Assembly: GCA_963726455.1 (NCBI GenBank)
Contig: CAVSCK010000005.1
Coordinates: 96,001-160,000 of the forward strand
Reading direction: 5' to 3'
Source of the DNA: an uncultured bacterium
GTDB taxonomy: Bacteria > Zixibacteria > MSB-5A5 > CAIYYT01
Length of the DNA stretch: 64,000 nt
The notes below the pieces were generated by a model, which was not told the DNA's origin, ran no database searches, and worked only from the letters and a program-made list of their open reading frames with translations. Positions 20,031 to 31,312 of the stretch are shown piece by piece. The translations under genes and the position numbers were made by a program. Each line of letters starts with the position of its first letter. Position 1 is the stretch's first letter.

Positions 20031-22424
20031 TCAGCACCCCGCACATGGCGCCGCGCCACCACTGAAGATGTATTGGATCAAGTACACCGCATCCGAGATG
20101 TCGGCTGTATGATCGCAGTTGGCGTCTCCCGCCTCTGCCGGGTTGGGCGCCGGACCACCGGCGAAGATGTAAGCTATCAAATAGACAGCGTCCGAGATGT
20201 CGACGCTGCCGCTGTGGTCGGCATCCCCGCAAACGTAAGGCGGATCGACGACTGAAAGAGTGAGTGAGACCGTGTCTGTCAACGCCGGGACGCTGCCGTC
20301 CTGCAGAGCAATCGAGAAATAGAAAGTAGATTTATAGGTCGGTGTACCGGTGATCGTACCGGTCAAACCATCATTAAACGTGAGGCCGTATGGCAAATCC
20401 CCGCCTACAAAAGTCCAGTTATATGGGGGCGTGCCGCCGGCGTGCAGAAACTGGTAGGTATATGGCTTGTGGTAGTAGGCATTGGATAATATAGGATGCA
20501 GGTTCAGTTCGGGCTCGATGTGTACTGAGTCGTCGCACCAGTCGCCGAGTCCGTCCGCATTTGAGTCCCACTGATCGTTGTTCGCCAAAAGCGGGCAATT
20601 ATCGCAGGCGTCGCCGAGGCTATCGGCATCGCTGTTCTCCTGACCCGGATTGACGGCGTACTTGCAATTGTCGGCGGCGTTAGGCAATCCGTCGTTGTCA
20701 ATATCGGGATCGCATGCATCGCCCAGGCCGTCGCCGTCGACGTCGTTCTGAGTCGCATTGACCACAGTCGGGCAGTTGTCACAGGCATCGCCGATACCGT
20801 CATTATCGGTATCGAGCTGGTTGCTGTTGGCCAGACTCGGGCAATTGTCAACCGTATCAATAACCCCGTCGGCATCGAAATCGCCCACAACGCCGACCTT
20901 CAAATTGGCAATCATTGTTGAGGCGCATGACGACGAGAGGACTTTAACTTCCACCAAAGTTGGCGAACCGGTGTAGGAATTGCTGTTCGGAGCACTGGCC
21001 CCGTTAAATGTCTTGTTAATCCATAGATCGCCGGCTTGCGTGGGCGGATTGTTGTCCGCACACTCGATATCGACCCAGCGGTGAGTATCGTTCGAGTTAT
21101 TGTTCTGGGTGTCATCGATATGCCAGATCGCGATTCCGCATCCGGGAAGGTAGGCATCAAAGCCAACTTGTTGCCGATTCTCTACGAGAAAGTATTGAGT
21201 ACTGGGCAATACGCTGCTTCTGAGCTTAAAGCATGACTGATTGGTTTCCGCTTGATCGAGATGAACGCCGTAGGCATTGACTGACGGCTGAGTCACCGGA
21301 AGCCAACCTTTCCGGATCTTACACCAGGCACTCATGTGCGCCGGAGATGCACCGTTCTGGCCCGGACCATTCCAACTTCCTCCCGCCATCAAACACCAGT
21401 TGCCGATTCCATCGCTGCTGTAATCAGTGTCATAAAGATCGGGAAGTCCGATGGCATGCCCGTATTCGTGCGCGAAGACGCCGATCGTTGAACGTACGCC
21501 CGACCAGACCATTTCCGGTTCCATGGTGTAACCACTGACCGTCTTGCCGCTCGCCGAGATGGAGGGGGAAAGATGACCGGAATGTGACCAGGGATAATTG
21601 GTATAACCAGCTTCGGCGCCCGGCCCGACGTGTACGATAAACAGACCGTCTACGATGCCGTCATTGTTGTTATCGAATGGCGCAAAATCGACTCCCGCGT
21701 CGCGGGCTGCGGTCACGGCCTCGGCGGCCAATATGGCGGCCCGCCCCATCCCGGAGGCATAGCCATAGTAGTTTCGATTCTGGCTCGCGGTGTAAAATCC
21801 TACGACCGTGCCCGTCACCGTGAAGGCATCGTATGATGTCTCCAGATAGAATTTGTGCAAGGAACCCAAATCGAAATTCGCGCCGTTGAATAACGAGTCG
21901 AAATCGCTTGGCGGGTAAGTATTGCCTTCATCCGGATACTTGATGAGAATCACCAGCACGTTGTTTGTCGTCGTTCTGGTCGCGCGCTGAGTCAGAGTCG
22001 GATCATCCGGGAACGAATAAAAGGACGGATCAGGTCTTCCGACCGTACTGGTGGCTGCCAGACTAAGCGGCATCTGGGCCAAAAAACTTCTCTCGGCGCC
22101 GGATCGCCTGTCCGCCGCGGTGGCTCTGAAATTCGATGCCTTGAGGTTTCCGTCTGCATCCAGAACGGCATAGCAATACCAGCCGTCAGTATCCCGGGCG
22201 ACAGTGTATCCGTCCTCGGTAATCATACGTCCGTTTCTTTCATCACCAATGACCCTAAGAGTGAGCTTTGATACTCCGTCCGGCTGGGTCACTTCAAACG
22301 CCCGATCGGGATTTGCCGGGACAGACAGCGCAGGTTGAGCAATCAAGACCACGCAAAAGGCCATCATCGTCAGCAAGTGCCCGAGCATCGGCCAGGCGTG
22401 AGCAATAGCGCTTCTCTGCTTCAT
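20031..22424 (-). CDS. M6 family (immune inhibitor A-like) zinc metalloprotease + TSP3 repeats + Ig + dockerin
   Basis: QPDG propeptide, [47 protein letters not shown]; tail homologous to 17136..19592. Confidence 0.92.
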   Translation of the reverse strand: MKQRSAIAHAWPMLGHLLTMMAFCVVLIAQPALSVPANPDRAFEVTQPDGVSKLTLRVIGDERNGRMITEDGYTVARDTDGWYCYAVLDADGNLKASNFRATAADRRSGAERSFLAQMPLSLAATSTVGRPDPSFYSFPDDPTLTQRATRTTTNNVLVILIKYPDEGNTYPPSDFDSLFNGANFDLGSLHKFYLETSYDAFTVTGTVVGFYTASQNRNYYGYASGMGRAAILAAEAVTAARDAGVDFAPFDNNNDGIVDGLFIVHVGPGAEAGYTNYPWSHSGHLSPSISASGKTVSGYTMEPEMVWSGVRSTIGVFAHEYGHAIGLPDLYDTDYSSDGIGNWCLMAGGSWNGPGQNGASPAHMSAWCKIRKGWLPVTQPSVNAYGVHLDQAETNQSCFKLRSSVLPSTQYFLVENRQQVGFDAYLPGCGIAIWHIDDTQNNNSNDTHRWVDIECADNNPPTQAGDLWINKTFNGASAPNSNSYTGSPTLVEVKVLSSSCASTMIANLKVGVVGDFDADGVIDTVDNCPSLANSNQLDTDNDGIGDACDNCPTVVNATQNDVDGDGLGDACDPDIDNDGLPNAADNCKYAVNPGQENSDADSLGDACDNCPLLANNDQWDSNADGLGDWCDDSVHIEPELNLHPILSNAYYHKPYTYQFLHAGGTPPYNWTFVGGDLPYGLTFNDGLTGTITGTPTYKSTFYFSIALQDGSVPALTDTVSLTLSVVDPPYVCGDADHSGSVDISDAVYLIAYIFAGGPAPNPAEAGDANCDHTADISDAVYLIQYIFSGGAAPCAGC

Positions 22425-22519
22425 CGATTTTTCTCCATTAATATGAAATCATCGTTATTCACCGGGGATAATTCTTTCCGAGACATCGAGATGACTGGGT
22501 ACATCTGCCAAAACAGCTC

Positions 22520-22669
22520 CCGGAATGGCTTGGTCGGACGGACATTGGCGACCAATTATGCTATGCCTGCCAATCAATTATGAGGAACGACACAGTAGGT
22601 ACATTCTCGCAAGTATCTGGTACTTAAGATATACATTTTGCTCCATTTGTCAAGGCAGATGTAAGCGAA
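22520..22669. repeat. Copy 2 of the duplicated promoter/5' leader
   Basis: Homologous to 19667..19814; TTGACA-16-TATCTT at 22626-22653 (minus strand). Confidence 0.85.
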
Positions 22670-22782
22670 ACGCCCGTTTTGCGGTTACAAAGAGAGACCG
22701 TCAGACGTGCTCAAGCCACCTGCAACGCGGATAAACCCCGTAGTCATTCACGATCGCGAAAGTGGCGTATGAATTTGCCTGC

Positions 22783-25700
22783 CTAACACCCTGCACACGG
22801 CGCCGGTCCACCGGCGAAGATGTACTGTATCAGATAGACCACGTCTGAGATGTCCACCGCCTGATCGCAATTGGCATCACCGGCCGCAATCGGATTCGGC
22901 GCTTGCCCGCCGGCGAAAATATACTGAATGAGAAAGACAGCATCCGAGATATCAATTGCCCCGTCACCGTTGGCATCACCGCAAAGGTAAGTCGGCACAG
23001 TTTCGTAGATGGTCAGGAACGTATCAGCAGGAATCGACGTAAATACCCGAACGGTATCAGAAGGCCAGCGAGCAATCAGAGAGTCGATCATCGTGTTCGA
23101 CCCCAGTCCGAATGCGGCTATCGGCGGGCTCTGATTCCATCCCCCGGAAACCGTCGTGATTTCGCGAATCTGCTGCTTGCCTCCAGCAACGATGCGGACT
23201 CGCGCTCCGATGCTATTCTTGTTGGATGTCGTGCCGACAAGTTTCGCCTGCAGCCAATGATTATTGTCGCCAATCTCGTTTCGAAGGAGCCGACTGCGGC
23301 AATTGTATCCGTACATATTCGACAGGTAAATGTCCAGATCGCCGTCGCGATCATAATCGGCCCAGACGCCACCCCGACCGGTGCAACCCAAATCGGTAAG
23401 AGGATTGATCAGGTTTCCGGTATAGGCCACGGCAAAGTTACCGCTCCCGTCGTTGCGGAAGAGCTTGTTGGCTTCATTGGAACCGTTCGTTACGAAAAGA
23501 TCCAAATCACCATCATTGTCGTAATCGCCCCACGCACAGCCCTGCGTGTAATCCCAAGCAGTCATCACGGCGGGCGTCACGTCCGTGAAGACTCCGTTCC
23601 CATCGTTACGAAACAACTTGTCGCTCAGCCCCGACCAGTAGACGGCAACAAACAGGTCGAGATCTCCGTCGTTGTCATAGTCGCCCCAATCCGCTGCGAA
23701 ACTATGGGAGGCAATCGCCAGAGCTGGAGGTGTGACGTCGGTAAAGGAGCCGCCGTCATTGCGCAACAGTCTGTTCGGACCGTTGAAGTTTACGATGAAT
23801 ACGTCGGGGTCATTGTCGTTATCATAGTCGGCCCAAGTCGACATATGAGTACTAAACGTATCTCCCAGGGGGCCGCTAGTAGCGTCAACGAATGTTCCAG
23901 CGCCGTCGTTACGAAACAGCTTATTCGCTGAAGTCAGTTGCGATAGATACAGATCGAGGTCACCGTCCGTGTCGTAGTCGACCCAGGCGGCACCACTGCC
24001 ATTGTTAGCATCATTTAGAGGCGCGCTGGAAACATCTGTAAAGGCGCCTCCGCCATCGTTGCGATAAAGCTTGTTAGCTCGGCTATCGTTGCGGGAGACA
24101 TAGATGTCGACATCTCCGTCGTTGTCGTAGTCGCCCCAGACTCCGACTATTCCAGTCGCCGCAGCGCCCATGCTATTTGGAGTAACCTCCACGAAAGAGC
24201 CGGCATCATTCCTGAACAGATGGCTGGAGTCCGGGTCGTACATCTGCGTCAGTAGAAGATCGAAATCGTTATCATTATCGTAATCCGCCCATGCTGCCGA
24301 CGAGATTGAGCCGTATCGTGACAAAACTCTGGGAGTGACGTCGTTCCATTCTGGCGGTGCTGAAATGAATGGAAACGCGGCCAGCAAATTCGGTCTGCCG
24401 CCGATGTTCCCAGCCGGAGGCGTGACTTGTGCCGTAGCGGTATTTTTGAGAACCGTGCGCAGAATCGCTGGAGTGAGGGTCCCGCCCAGTCCGCCGACTC
24501 CCTTCCAGCGGCCCACACAGCACGCCACTGCGCCGGCAACAATTGGAGATGCGCTTGACGTGCCCGCGAAGACGCTGGTGTATGCGTAATCAGTGCCATC
24601 GGCATTGTACAGATCTCCATAACCCGTGGTCACGACGTTCTCGCCCCAACCTTGAAGATCATAGCGAGTGCCGTAGCTGGCAAACGACAGTCGCTGCAGG
24701 TCGCCTTCCACATACGTGCCACCCGGATAAACACCACTTGCTCCGACAACAATTGCTCCCGATCCATTTGGATGCCAGTTGAGCATGTCAGTATCATAGG
24801 CGCCATTTCCGCCGGCTTCGACCACATGAATCCCGTTTGTTACCGCGTTTACAATGGCGGTGAAGACGGGATTCCATGACTGATTGTTCACGTCGCCCCA
24901 CCATTCTATGGGGATATAAGACCCTCCGCCGTAGTCCCATTGCTGTTCGAGCAGGATAATATCGCCGGCATTCAGGCTGGCAGTCGCCAGCGCAATGGCG
25001 CCAGCAACATTCCAGCTCGGCGTGGGACTTCCATAGTAAGTGCCGCATGTCTTGAGATTCGCACCGTAGCAGATTCCGGTAGTGCCCCAGCCGTTATTGT
25101 CCGCGACCATAACTCCGATGACGGCAGTCCCATGATCGTCGTCGCTGAAAGGATCGACGACATTGCTGTTTATCTGCGACCCCACTACCTTACTGATGTC
25201 TGCATGATTGTAGTTCCAGCTATATTCCAGGTCACAGACCGTGACCCCGGAACCGTTACCCCCTGTTTGCGTCCACGCGTATTGCGCATCAATCCCCACC
25301 GGAGCTGAACTCGCCGGACGCATGTATCGCTGGCCGGTGTCATAAGGGGGCGGTATCATCGGCAGCATCATTGGTTTGGGAACCGGACGCGCCCACATGA
25401 TTTCGGGTAGAAACTCGAGATCGCGGCAGAGCCCCCAAAGATCATGGCCTTTGCCAAGGCGTAATCGGTAGATGTTGTTGAGATTGTACACCGGCTGTCC
25501 CGAGTTCTGCTCGCCTACGGCTTGCATCTCATCGAGCTTCTCCTCCGAAACATTGCACGTGCGCTGCCATTCGACCGGCCCCACCGCGGCAAGCGTGCTC
25601 AACACGGAACTCAGGGACCTACCAGTAATATCCACCGGCACTCCCAGTCGTAATCTTACAGTCAGGTATGGCTCGAAGATCACCTCGATAAGGTCATCTT

Positions 25701-25869
25701 CATGTCCATATTCTCCGACGGCCTGCCTGCTCACCGACTGCGGCCCGACCGCCAGTGCCTCCGGATCCACGGCGATACTATTTCCGAAAGTCGGGGTGAT
25801 AATCACGAGCCCTACCAGGAACGCCGCCACCAGTGAGCAGACGTGCGGAACTGTTGACCTGCAATTCAC
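22783..25869 (-). CDS. S8 serine protease + FG-GAP/VCBS propeller + ASPIC/UnbV-like domain + dockerin
   Basis: Triad motifs CDLEY, DHGTAV, GTSSASP; seven W.DYD.DGDLD/N.L.RNDG repeats; IGARV...FGLG..WP; terminal dockerin; GTG start at 25869 after GGAGG. Confidence 0.9.
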   Translation of the reverse strand: MNCRSTVPHVCSLVAAFLVGLVIITPTFGNSIAVDPEALAVGPQSVSRQAVGEYGHEDDLIEVIFEPYLTVRLRLGVPVDITGRSLSSVLSTLAAVGPVEWQRTCNVSEEKLDEMQAVGEQNSGQPVYNLNNIYRLRLGKGHDLWGLCRDLEFLPEIMWARPVPKPMMLPMIPPPYDTGQRYMRPASSAPVGIDAQYAWTQTGGNGSGVTVCDLEYSWNYNHADISKVVGSQINSNVVDPFSDDDHGTAVIGVMVADNNGWGTTGICYGANLKTCGTYYGSPTPSWNVAGAIALATASLNAGDIILLEQQWDYGGGSYIPIEWWGDVNNQSWNPVFTAIVNAVTNGIHVVEAGGNGAYDTDMLNWHPNGSGAIVVGASGVYPGGTYVEGDLQRLSFASYGTRYDLQGWGENVVTTGYGDLYNADGTDYAYTSVFAGTSSASPIVAGAVACCVGRWKGVGGLGGTLTPAILRTVLKNTATAQVTPPAGNIGGRPNLLAAFPFISAPPEWNDVTPRVLSRYGSISSAAWADYDNDNDFDLLLTQMYDPDSSHLFRNDAGSFVEVTPNSMGAAATGIVGVWGDYDNDGDVDIYVSRNDSRANKLYRNDGGGAFTDVSSAPLNDANNGSGAAWVDYDTDGDLDLYLSQLTSANKLFRNDGAGTFVDATSGPLGDTFSTHMSTWADYDNDNDPDVFIVNFNGPNRLLRNDGGSFTDVTPPALAIASHSFAADWGDYDNDGDLDLFVAVYWSGLSDKLFRNDGNGVFTDVTPAVMTAWDYTQGCAWGDYDNDGDLDLFVTNGSNEANKLFRNDGSGNFAVAYTGNLINPLTDLGCTGRGGVWADYDRDGDLDIYLSNMYGYNCRSRLLRNEIGDNNHWLQAKLVGTTSNKNSIGARVRIVAGGKQQIREITTVSGGWNQSPPIAAFGLGSNTMIDSLIARWPSDTVRVFTSIPADTFLTIYETVPTYLCGDANGDGAIDISDAVFLIQYIFAGGQAPNPIAAGDANCDQAVDISDVVYLIQYIFAGGPAPCAGC

Positions 25870-25978
25870 AATAACCTCCATGCAAATAGACAGTATCACG
25901 GTCAATCCGTCCGGCAGACGGCTCGATCGCGTGCCCCTGTAGTAGTTGTTGTCAGCAGAGATGTCGTTGTCTATGTTA

Positions 25979-26007
25979 AAGATACTGCCCTTACGGAGAA
26001 ATGTCAA
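25979..26007 (-). promoter_or_regulatory. Sigma70-type promoter
   Basis: TTGACA-17-TATCTT. Confidence 0.65.
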
Positions 26008-26086
26008 TTGGAAAAGTGGAGTCGCGGGTACTGATTGCCGGTTCTTCTAACCGTTGATTGGGCATTCGGTTGCGCTCATAGGCACT

Positions 26087-26116
26087 AAAAAAAGAGGCGA
26101 CACCGCGTCGCCTCTT
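26087..26116 (-). terminator. Intrinsic terminator after the sigma factor gene
   Basis: aagaggcgac-accgc-gtcgcctctt plus T-tract. Confidence 0.85.
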
Positions 26117-26142
26117 CTAATACTAAACTCTTTAGCTGTGGG

Positions 26143-26997
26143 TCAGGTCAGATACGCCCGCAAACTTCGTGAGCGCGAGGCGTGCCGCAACCTCCTTATG
26201 GCTTTTTCTTTTATTTGTCTTACTCGTTCGCGAGTTAAGTTAAAGCGGGCGCCAATCTCTTCCAATGTTAGTGCCTTCTCATGATTCAGGCCAAAGTATA
26301 GATTGATCACCTCCGCCTCGCGGGGAGTAAGAGTGTCAAGCGCTTTTTCGATCTCCACTCTCAACGATTGATCGAGTAAAGCTTCATCGGGAGCCGGTTG
26401 GAATTCATCCTCGAGCACATCGATCAGGCTGTTGTCCTCGGACACCGAAAACGGCGCGTCCAAAGACAGATGCGAATTGGAAATCTTCAGAGTGTCGGAT
26501 ACTTCCGCTTCCGAGAGTTCCAGTTCGTGCGCGATTTCCTCCGGCGATGGTTCACGTCCGTATTCCTGCTCCAACGACGACGACACCTTGCCAATCTTGT
26601 GCAACGTGCCGACGCGATTGAGCGGAAGACGAACAATGCGCGACTGCTCGGCCAACGCCTGCAGAATCGCTTGCCGGATCCACCAGACCGCGTACGATAT
26701 GAACTTGAATCCGCGCGTCCAGTCGAAACGCTTTGCCGCCTTGATCAGTCCGATGTTCCCCTCGTTGATCAAATCCGCCAGCGACAGACCCTGGTTCTGA
26801 TACTGCTTGGCGACGCTCACCACGAAACGCAAATTGGCCTTGGTTAGTGCTTCCAACGCCGATTGATCGCCTTCATGGATTCGCTTCGCCAGGCGTACTT
26901 CCTCCTCTGCGTCGATCAACGGCGTTTCGCCGATTTCGCGCAAATAGAGGTCCAGCGACCTGTCTTCATCCCGATACTTTTTGGACTGTCTCGCCAA
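26143..26997 (-). CDS. RNA polymerase sigma70 factor, RpoD/SigA family (short form, no region 1.1)
   Basis: [51 protein letters not shown]...[12 protein letters not shown]; TTG start. Confidence 0.95.
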   Translation of the reverse strand: MARQSKKYRDEDRSLDLYLREIGETPLIDAEEEVRLAKRIHEGDQSALEALTKANLRFVVSVAKQYQNQGLSLADLINEGNIGLIKAAKRFDWTRGFKFISYAVWWIRQAILQALAEQSRIVRLPLNRVGTLHKIGKVSSSLEQEYGREPSPEEIAHELELSEAEVSDTLKISNSHLSLDAPFSVSEDNSLIDVLEDEFQPAPDEALLDQSLRVEIEKALDTLTPREAEVINLYFGLNHEKALTLEEIGARFNLTRERVRQIKEKAIRRLRHASRSRSLRAYLT

Positions 26998-27084
26998 GTC
27001 TACTCCGTCCTCATGTTAAAGTTAGACAAAATGCCACCTGTCTCCTCCTCTGAACAGGTCGGACCAAAGATCATTGCTCTATCA

Positions 27085-28609
27085 CTAATTGGGCTTAATC
27101 GCAAAATACTTCACATTGCCTTTGTAATCGTAACCGATCATCGCTATCGCCTTCGTCCGCCCCTGCAACTGCGACTTGATACGGTCGAAATCACCGGCCG
27201 TCTTAATCGTTTCGTGATTGATCTCGAACAGGATCGTGCCGGGCGTAATGCCTTCGATATCTGCCGGACTCCCCTGATCAACACCAACCACCATTACACC
27301 ATCGTGGAAGTCAACGCCGTACTGGTCGGCCAAGTTCTGACTGGCAGTCTGTATCGACATTCCCAGCCAACCGGCATCGACCGACTGTTGATCGTTACGG
27401 GTTGGGCGCTGCGGCATCGTTCGCTGGGCCTCTGCCATTCCGGCGTCCCGGTCACCGATCGTGACCTTCACGTCCGTCGGCCTGCCCTTGCGATATACTT
27501 CCAAATCTATCACACTTCCCGAATGTTCACTGGCAACGAGGTAACGGAAATGGTTCTGGTCTTCGACATTGACGCTATTGAATTTCGTGACGATGTCGCC
27601 GTCATGCAATCCGGCTTGCTGCGCCGGCGAATCCGACCTTACCTGCTCGATCAGCACGCCGCGCGGACTCGGCAATCCGTTCGCCTCGGCCATGTTGTTG
27701 TCGATATCTTTCAGCGTCACGCCCAGCCAGCCACGTTCGACTTTGCCCTTGGTCATCAGGTCGGTCACCACCGATTTGACGAAGTTAGACGGAATCGCAA
27801 AGCCGATCCCCGCCGATTGCCCGGAGGAGGACGCGATAGCCGCATTAATGCCGATCACATAGCCGTCAAGATTGACCAGCGGCCCTCCTGAGTTACCAGG
27901 GTTGATCGCTGCGTCGGTTTGTATATAGTCCTGAAAATCAGGTGTGTCTTCACCGAAGTTTAGACCCCTGCGACCCTTCGCCGATACCACACCCACTGTC
28001 ACCGTGCGGTCGAGTCCCTGTGATGGGAACGGATTACCTATCGCCATCACCCATTCGCCTACTTTGATCGAGTCGGAGTCTCCCAACTCAATGTATGGAT
28101 AACCGCTGCCGGGTATCTTCAGAGACCGCCAGGTCGCTCGCAGCATCCTCGCCCACTATCTTCGCTTTGACATCGGAACGATCCGCCAGCGTAATGGTCA
28201 CATCCCGAGCACCTGCAATTACATGGTGGTTGGTCAGAACATAGCCGTCTTCCCTAAAGAAGAAACCGGTGCCCATCGACACCTCGCGTGGATTATCACC
28301 TTGCCAACCCCAAAACTGCATCCACCGACGCTGCGACGGGGTAAGCTGTTCGACCCGTTCGGCGCGGATGTTAAGCACGGCATCGCGTACTTTCTCCACC
28401 ACTCCGACGAACGGTGATTTGCCTTCCTGGGTAATCGGATAGATTGATTTGGGAGCAGGCGTAGCGCGGGCGAACTGCGTTTGGCTGGCCGCGGTGTTGA
28501 CCCAACCGGTGTTGCTGGAGATAACAAAGCCGATTACGACACCAACCAATACAAATGACAAGATTACACCCCAACGTCTAAGCGAGGAATAAACGGACAC
28601 ACCCTTCAC
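27085..28609 (-). CDS. htrA: DegP/HtrA (Do) serine protease with two PDZ domains, split by a +1 frameshift near 28123
   Basis: TNHHV (His) and DLAV (Asp) in the upstream ORF; [16 protein letters not shown] (Ser) and 2 PDZ domains in the downstream ORF; removing one base restores DLAVLKIP. Confidence 0.9.
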
Positions 28610-28635
28610 TACGACCTCCTAAGCGATAGACCAGT

Positions 28636-28664
28636 ATTATAGCCAAATTGGGACCGAAAGTCAA
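28636..28664 (-). promoter_or_regulatory. Near-consensus sigma70 promoter of degP (and possibly the sigma gene)
   Basis: TTGACT-17-TATAAT. Confidence 0.8.
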
Positions 28665-28952
28665 GCGAATTATCACATGTTCTCATCGTCTGCGCAGACT
28701 ATCCTAGCAAGTCTGAAATCCCAAATAGCGCCAATTTCCGTCTAAGCGGAAATCCCAAGACTATCATTAGTACGCTCTTACACCCTTGGCGTTGCAAGTT
28801 TCTGCCTATTTGACAGTCTCTTTCTGCAAACAGGTCTTGCTTGCGGTCTGGCTGTACAGGAGCTCCGGCAGACCGAAAGCGACCGTAAACGTCCGCCCAG
28901 AAGGAGTGACTCAGGATATCTAAAGGGGATTAAGAACCGCCCGACGGCGGAA

Positions 28953-31124
28953 TTACGATTTTACCGTAAAGTGGTAGGCGCGGGAGTCAAGATTCCCCAG
29001 CGAGAAATACAGCCCCTCACGAAGTTCCTCTGTGGTCGTGATGATTTCCTCATCCGTAAAAACATCAACCATATTTACTTTTGTCCCACGGTAGCCGTAT
29101 GCCTTAAGGTCAACCTGCACAACTACTTTAGTAGCACCGGATCGTGTGCGCCGGAATGGCTGTGACGGCGAGGAATTAAGCAGGTAGAACATCCCACTCT
29201 TCTCCCCCTTGTGGATGACAGCCCGTACACTCGGGTGGGAAGTCTTGATTCTGAACGATACGCCGAGATCAGAAAGTATGCTCTTCAGGAAACTGATCTT
29301 GGCATGGTTGCCCTGGGACGAGCAATCGAATGACAACAAAATGATAGTTCCCTTGAAACGATTTATCCGTATTCCCACGGTCTTGCCGGAATAGGTCGCC
29401 AGCTTCTTGCTCTTCTTCTCGGTCGAAACAATCGAACCGTAGACATAGCCCGGGAATTCTTCTTCGCCGGCGACGACATTGCCAATCTTGCCGAGCGGTT
29501 GCGTCTTGCAGTGAATGGCGCTGGCCAGAACCTGGCAGTTATCCAAGTTGGAGTCGTACTTCGGCAGCAATCCGACTAGAATCAAATTCGTGCCTTCTCT
29601 TGCCTTCTCCAGCAGGAACTCTTGCTTGTCGGCATCCATGATCTCGCTTACGGGGACGACAACATTTTTGAGTTTGTCGAACGAAAGCGGATTATCGAGG
29701 TCGGGAATCACAAAGTCCTGCTTGATCCGGTCGAGGTCTCTTCCCAGTTCCGGCATGGTGAAATCGTTCAGCGTCTGCACGTAGCCGAATGGGCCGGCGT
29801 CCTCCAACAATGAAACCCAATTGTGCACCTTGTAGCAGGCCATGCCCAGCGAGGTTTGCGGCTCATAGGCGCCGATATCGGTTTGTGTCGTGAAGGTCAT
29901 CAACTTGCGCACGATTTCGTAAGATTCCTGGATAGCGCCGTCCGCTCCCAGAGGCGAATCATACCAGTTTTCGGACTCCACGAACTTGTACTGATTGAAT
30001 CCCTTGATCCCACCGGCCAGTCCCAGAGTGAGCAGATATTTGGTCGCATCACCGGATATATGGAAATGCTTTTTCGATGTCGTCGAGTCAGAGGTGCTAT
30101 TGCCGACCGACACGGATGATCCCCACGGGAACTCCGAATTGGCACGCAGATAGCGAATCTTTTGCAAAGTAGCCGCCGAGGTGCGGTCCCAACCGATACT
30201 CACCGTCGGGAAGATTTCGCCATCGGAATCGATTATCGGCGTCATTGGCGCCTGGAACGATTTGTGAAACGCCAACGTCTGATAGAACAACGGCTCACAG
30301 GAATAGCTCTTATACTGCTCGATGAGATGTGCCGCGTACTCTTTAATCAGATGTTCTTTGAAACGGAACCAGTCCAGAAGCTTCGTCAACGGCCGATCTT
30401 TGGAAATGATAAAATCACGCGGCGGCTGCACCGACGCAAAATCAGCTGCGCTTTCACCGTAGGCAAGATTAAGCTTCTTGATAGTCTCGTACCGCTTCTC
30501 CAAGAACTGCGGATAAAGAGTGGTGACAACATAGGGGTTGTAGTCGGACTTCCATGGATAGGGATCGCCGCCGAAGTAGTTGCCCGCGTCCAACTCCACC
30601 AGGAACAACGGACCGCGCGGGTAGATGTAATTTTTCACGATTTCCGTCAGCCCGTTGAAATAATGCTTAACGAAATTCTCCATGCGAGGATGCATATTCG
30701 AGGGGTACGAAAATTCGGGCAGGCCGTTCTGCAGATCCGTCAAGGTGAGGGCGCCTTCGGAATCGAGCGAAAAGATCTCCGGATACTTGGATAAGAAAAT
30801 CGGCAGTCCGCCATTTTCCACTTCGGCCAGAACCATCGGCCCGGGGCGCAAGATGATCTTAAACCCGAATTCACGAGCCAGTTCGATAAACACTATCAAA
30901 TCCTTGGCAGGATCAGTGTAACCTGAGAAATCAAACTCGCGGCGAATATCTTCGTGGATCGACCAGGGAACGGCAGTCGAAATGACCTTGAAGCCGGCGC
31001 GACGGATGCGCTCAAAACAAATCGACCAATAACGCTTACTTACCCTAAAGTATTGCATCTCAACGCAATAGGGCAAGTATTCCTCTTTGCCGATTGTAAA
31101 TTTATGTCCCGTTACTGCTATCAT
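28953..31124 (-). CDS. GH35 (beta-galactosidase/exo-glucosaminidase-like) fold protein, catalytic residues apparently absent
   Basis: EMQYFRV...W, VPWSIHE, FDFSG, ILRPGP.V.AEVENGGLP, GPLFLVELD; C-terminal GH42-like trimerisation region; no signal peptide; start uncertain. Confidence 0.75.
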   Translation of the reverse strand: MIAVTGHKFTIGKEEYLPYCVEMQYFRVSKRYWSICFERIRRAGFKVISTAVPWSIHEDIRREFDFSGYTDPAKDLIVFIELAREFGFKIILRPGPMVLAEVENGGLPIFLSKYPEIFSLDSEGALTLTDLQNGLPEFSYPSNMHPRMENFVKHYFNGLTEIVKNYIYPRGPLFLVELDAGNYFGGDPYPWKSDYNPYVVTTLYPQFLEKRYETIKKLNLAYGESAADFASVQPPRDFIISKDRPLTKLLDWFRFKEHLIKEYAAHLIEQYKSYSCEPLFYQTLAFHKSFQAPMTPIIDSDGEIFPTVSIGWDRTSAATLQKIRYLRANSEFPWGSSVSVGNSTSDSTTSKKHFHISGDATKYLLTLGLAGGIKGFNQYKFVESENWYDSPLGADGAIQESYEIVRKLMTFTTQTDIGAYEPQTSLGMACYKVHNWVSLLEDAGPFGYVQTLNDFTMPELGRDLDRIKQDFVIPDLDNPLSFDKLKNVVVPVSEIMDADKQEFLLEKAREGTNLILVGLLPKYDSNLDNCQVLASAIHCKTQPLGKIGNVVAGEEEFPGYVYGSIVSTEKKSKKLATYSGKTVGIRINRFKGTIILLSFDCSSQGNHAKISFLKSILSDLGVSFRIKTSHPSVRAVIHKGEKSGMFYLLNSSPSQPFRRTRSGATKVVVQVDLKAYGYRGTKVNMVDVFTDEEIITTTEELREGLYFSLGNLDSRAYHFTVKS

Positions 31125-31257
31125 AATAAAAACAGGCGTACAATTTATGCAAAATGGACAATAAGTCAACCAAATAAATGTATATTGCCGACAATTCCCT
31201 CCAATTCGATATACGGCAATACATTAGAGACTTCGCACCATGGCTGCCATTTTGGCA

Positions 31258-31293
31258 TAAAAAAAGCTCCTCGTGACAGATCACGAAGAGCTT
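31258..31293 (-). terminator. Intrinsic terminator
   Basis: aagctcctcgtga-caga-tcacgaagagctt plus T-tract. Confidence 0.8.
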
Positions 31294-31312
31294 AATTTAG
31301 AATTTCTGCTAA

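Noticed and set aside
28700-28950. Possible ncRNA between the GH35-like gene and degP
   Set aside because: Only one imperfect hairpin (gcttgcggtctg...cagaccgaaagc); no tRNA, SRP, 6S or riboswitch hallmarks recognised.
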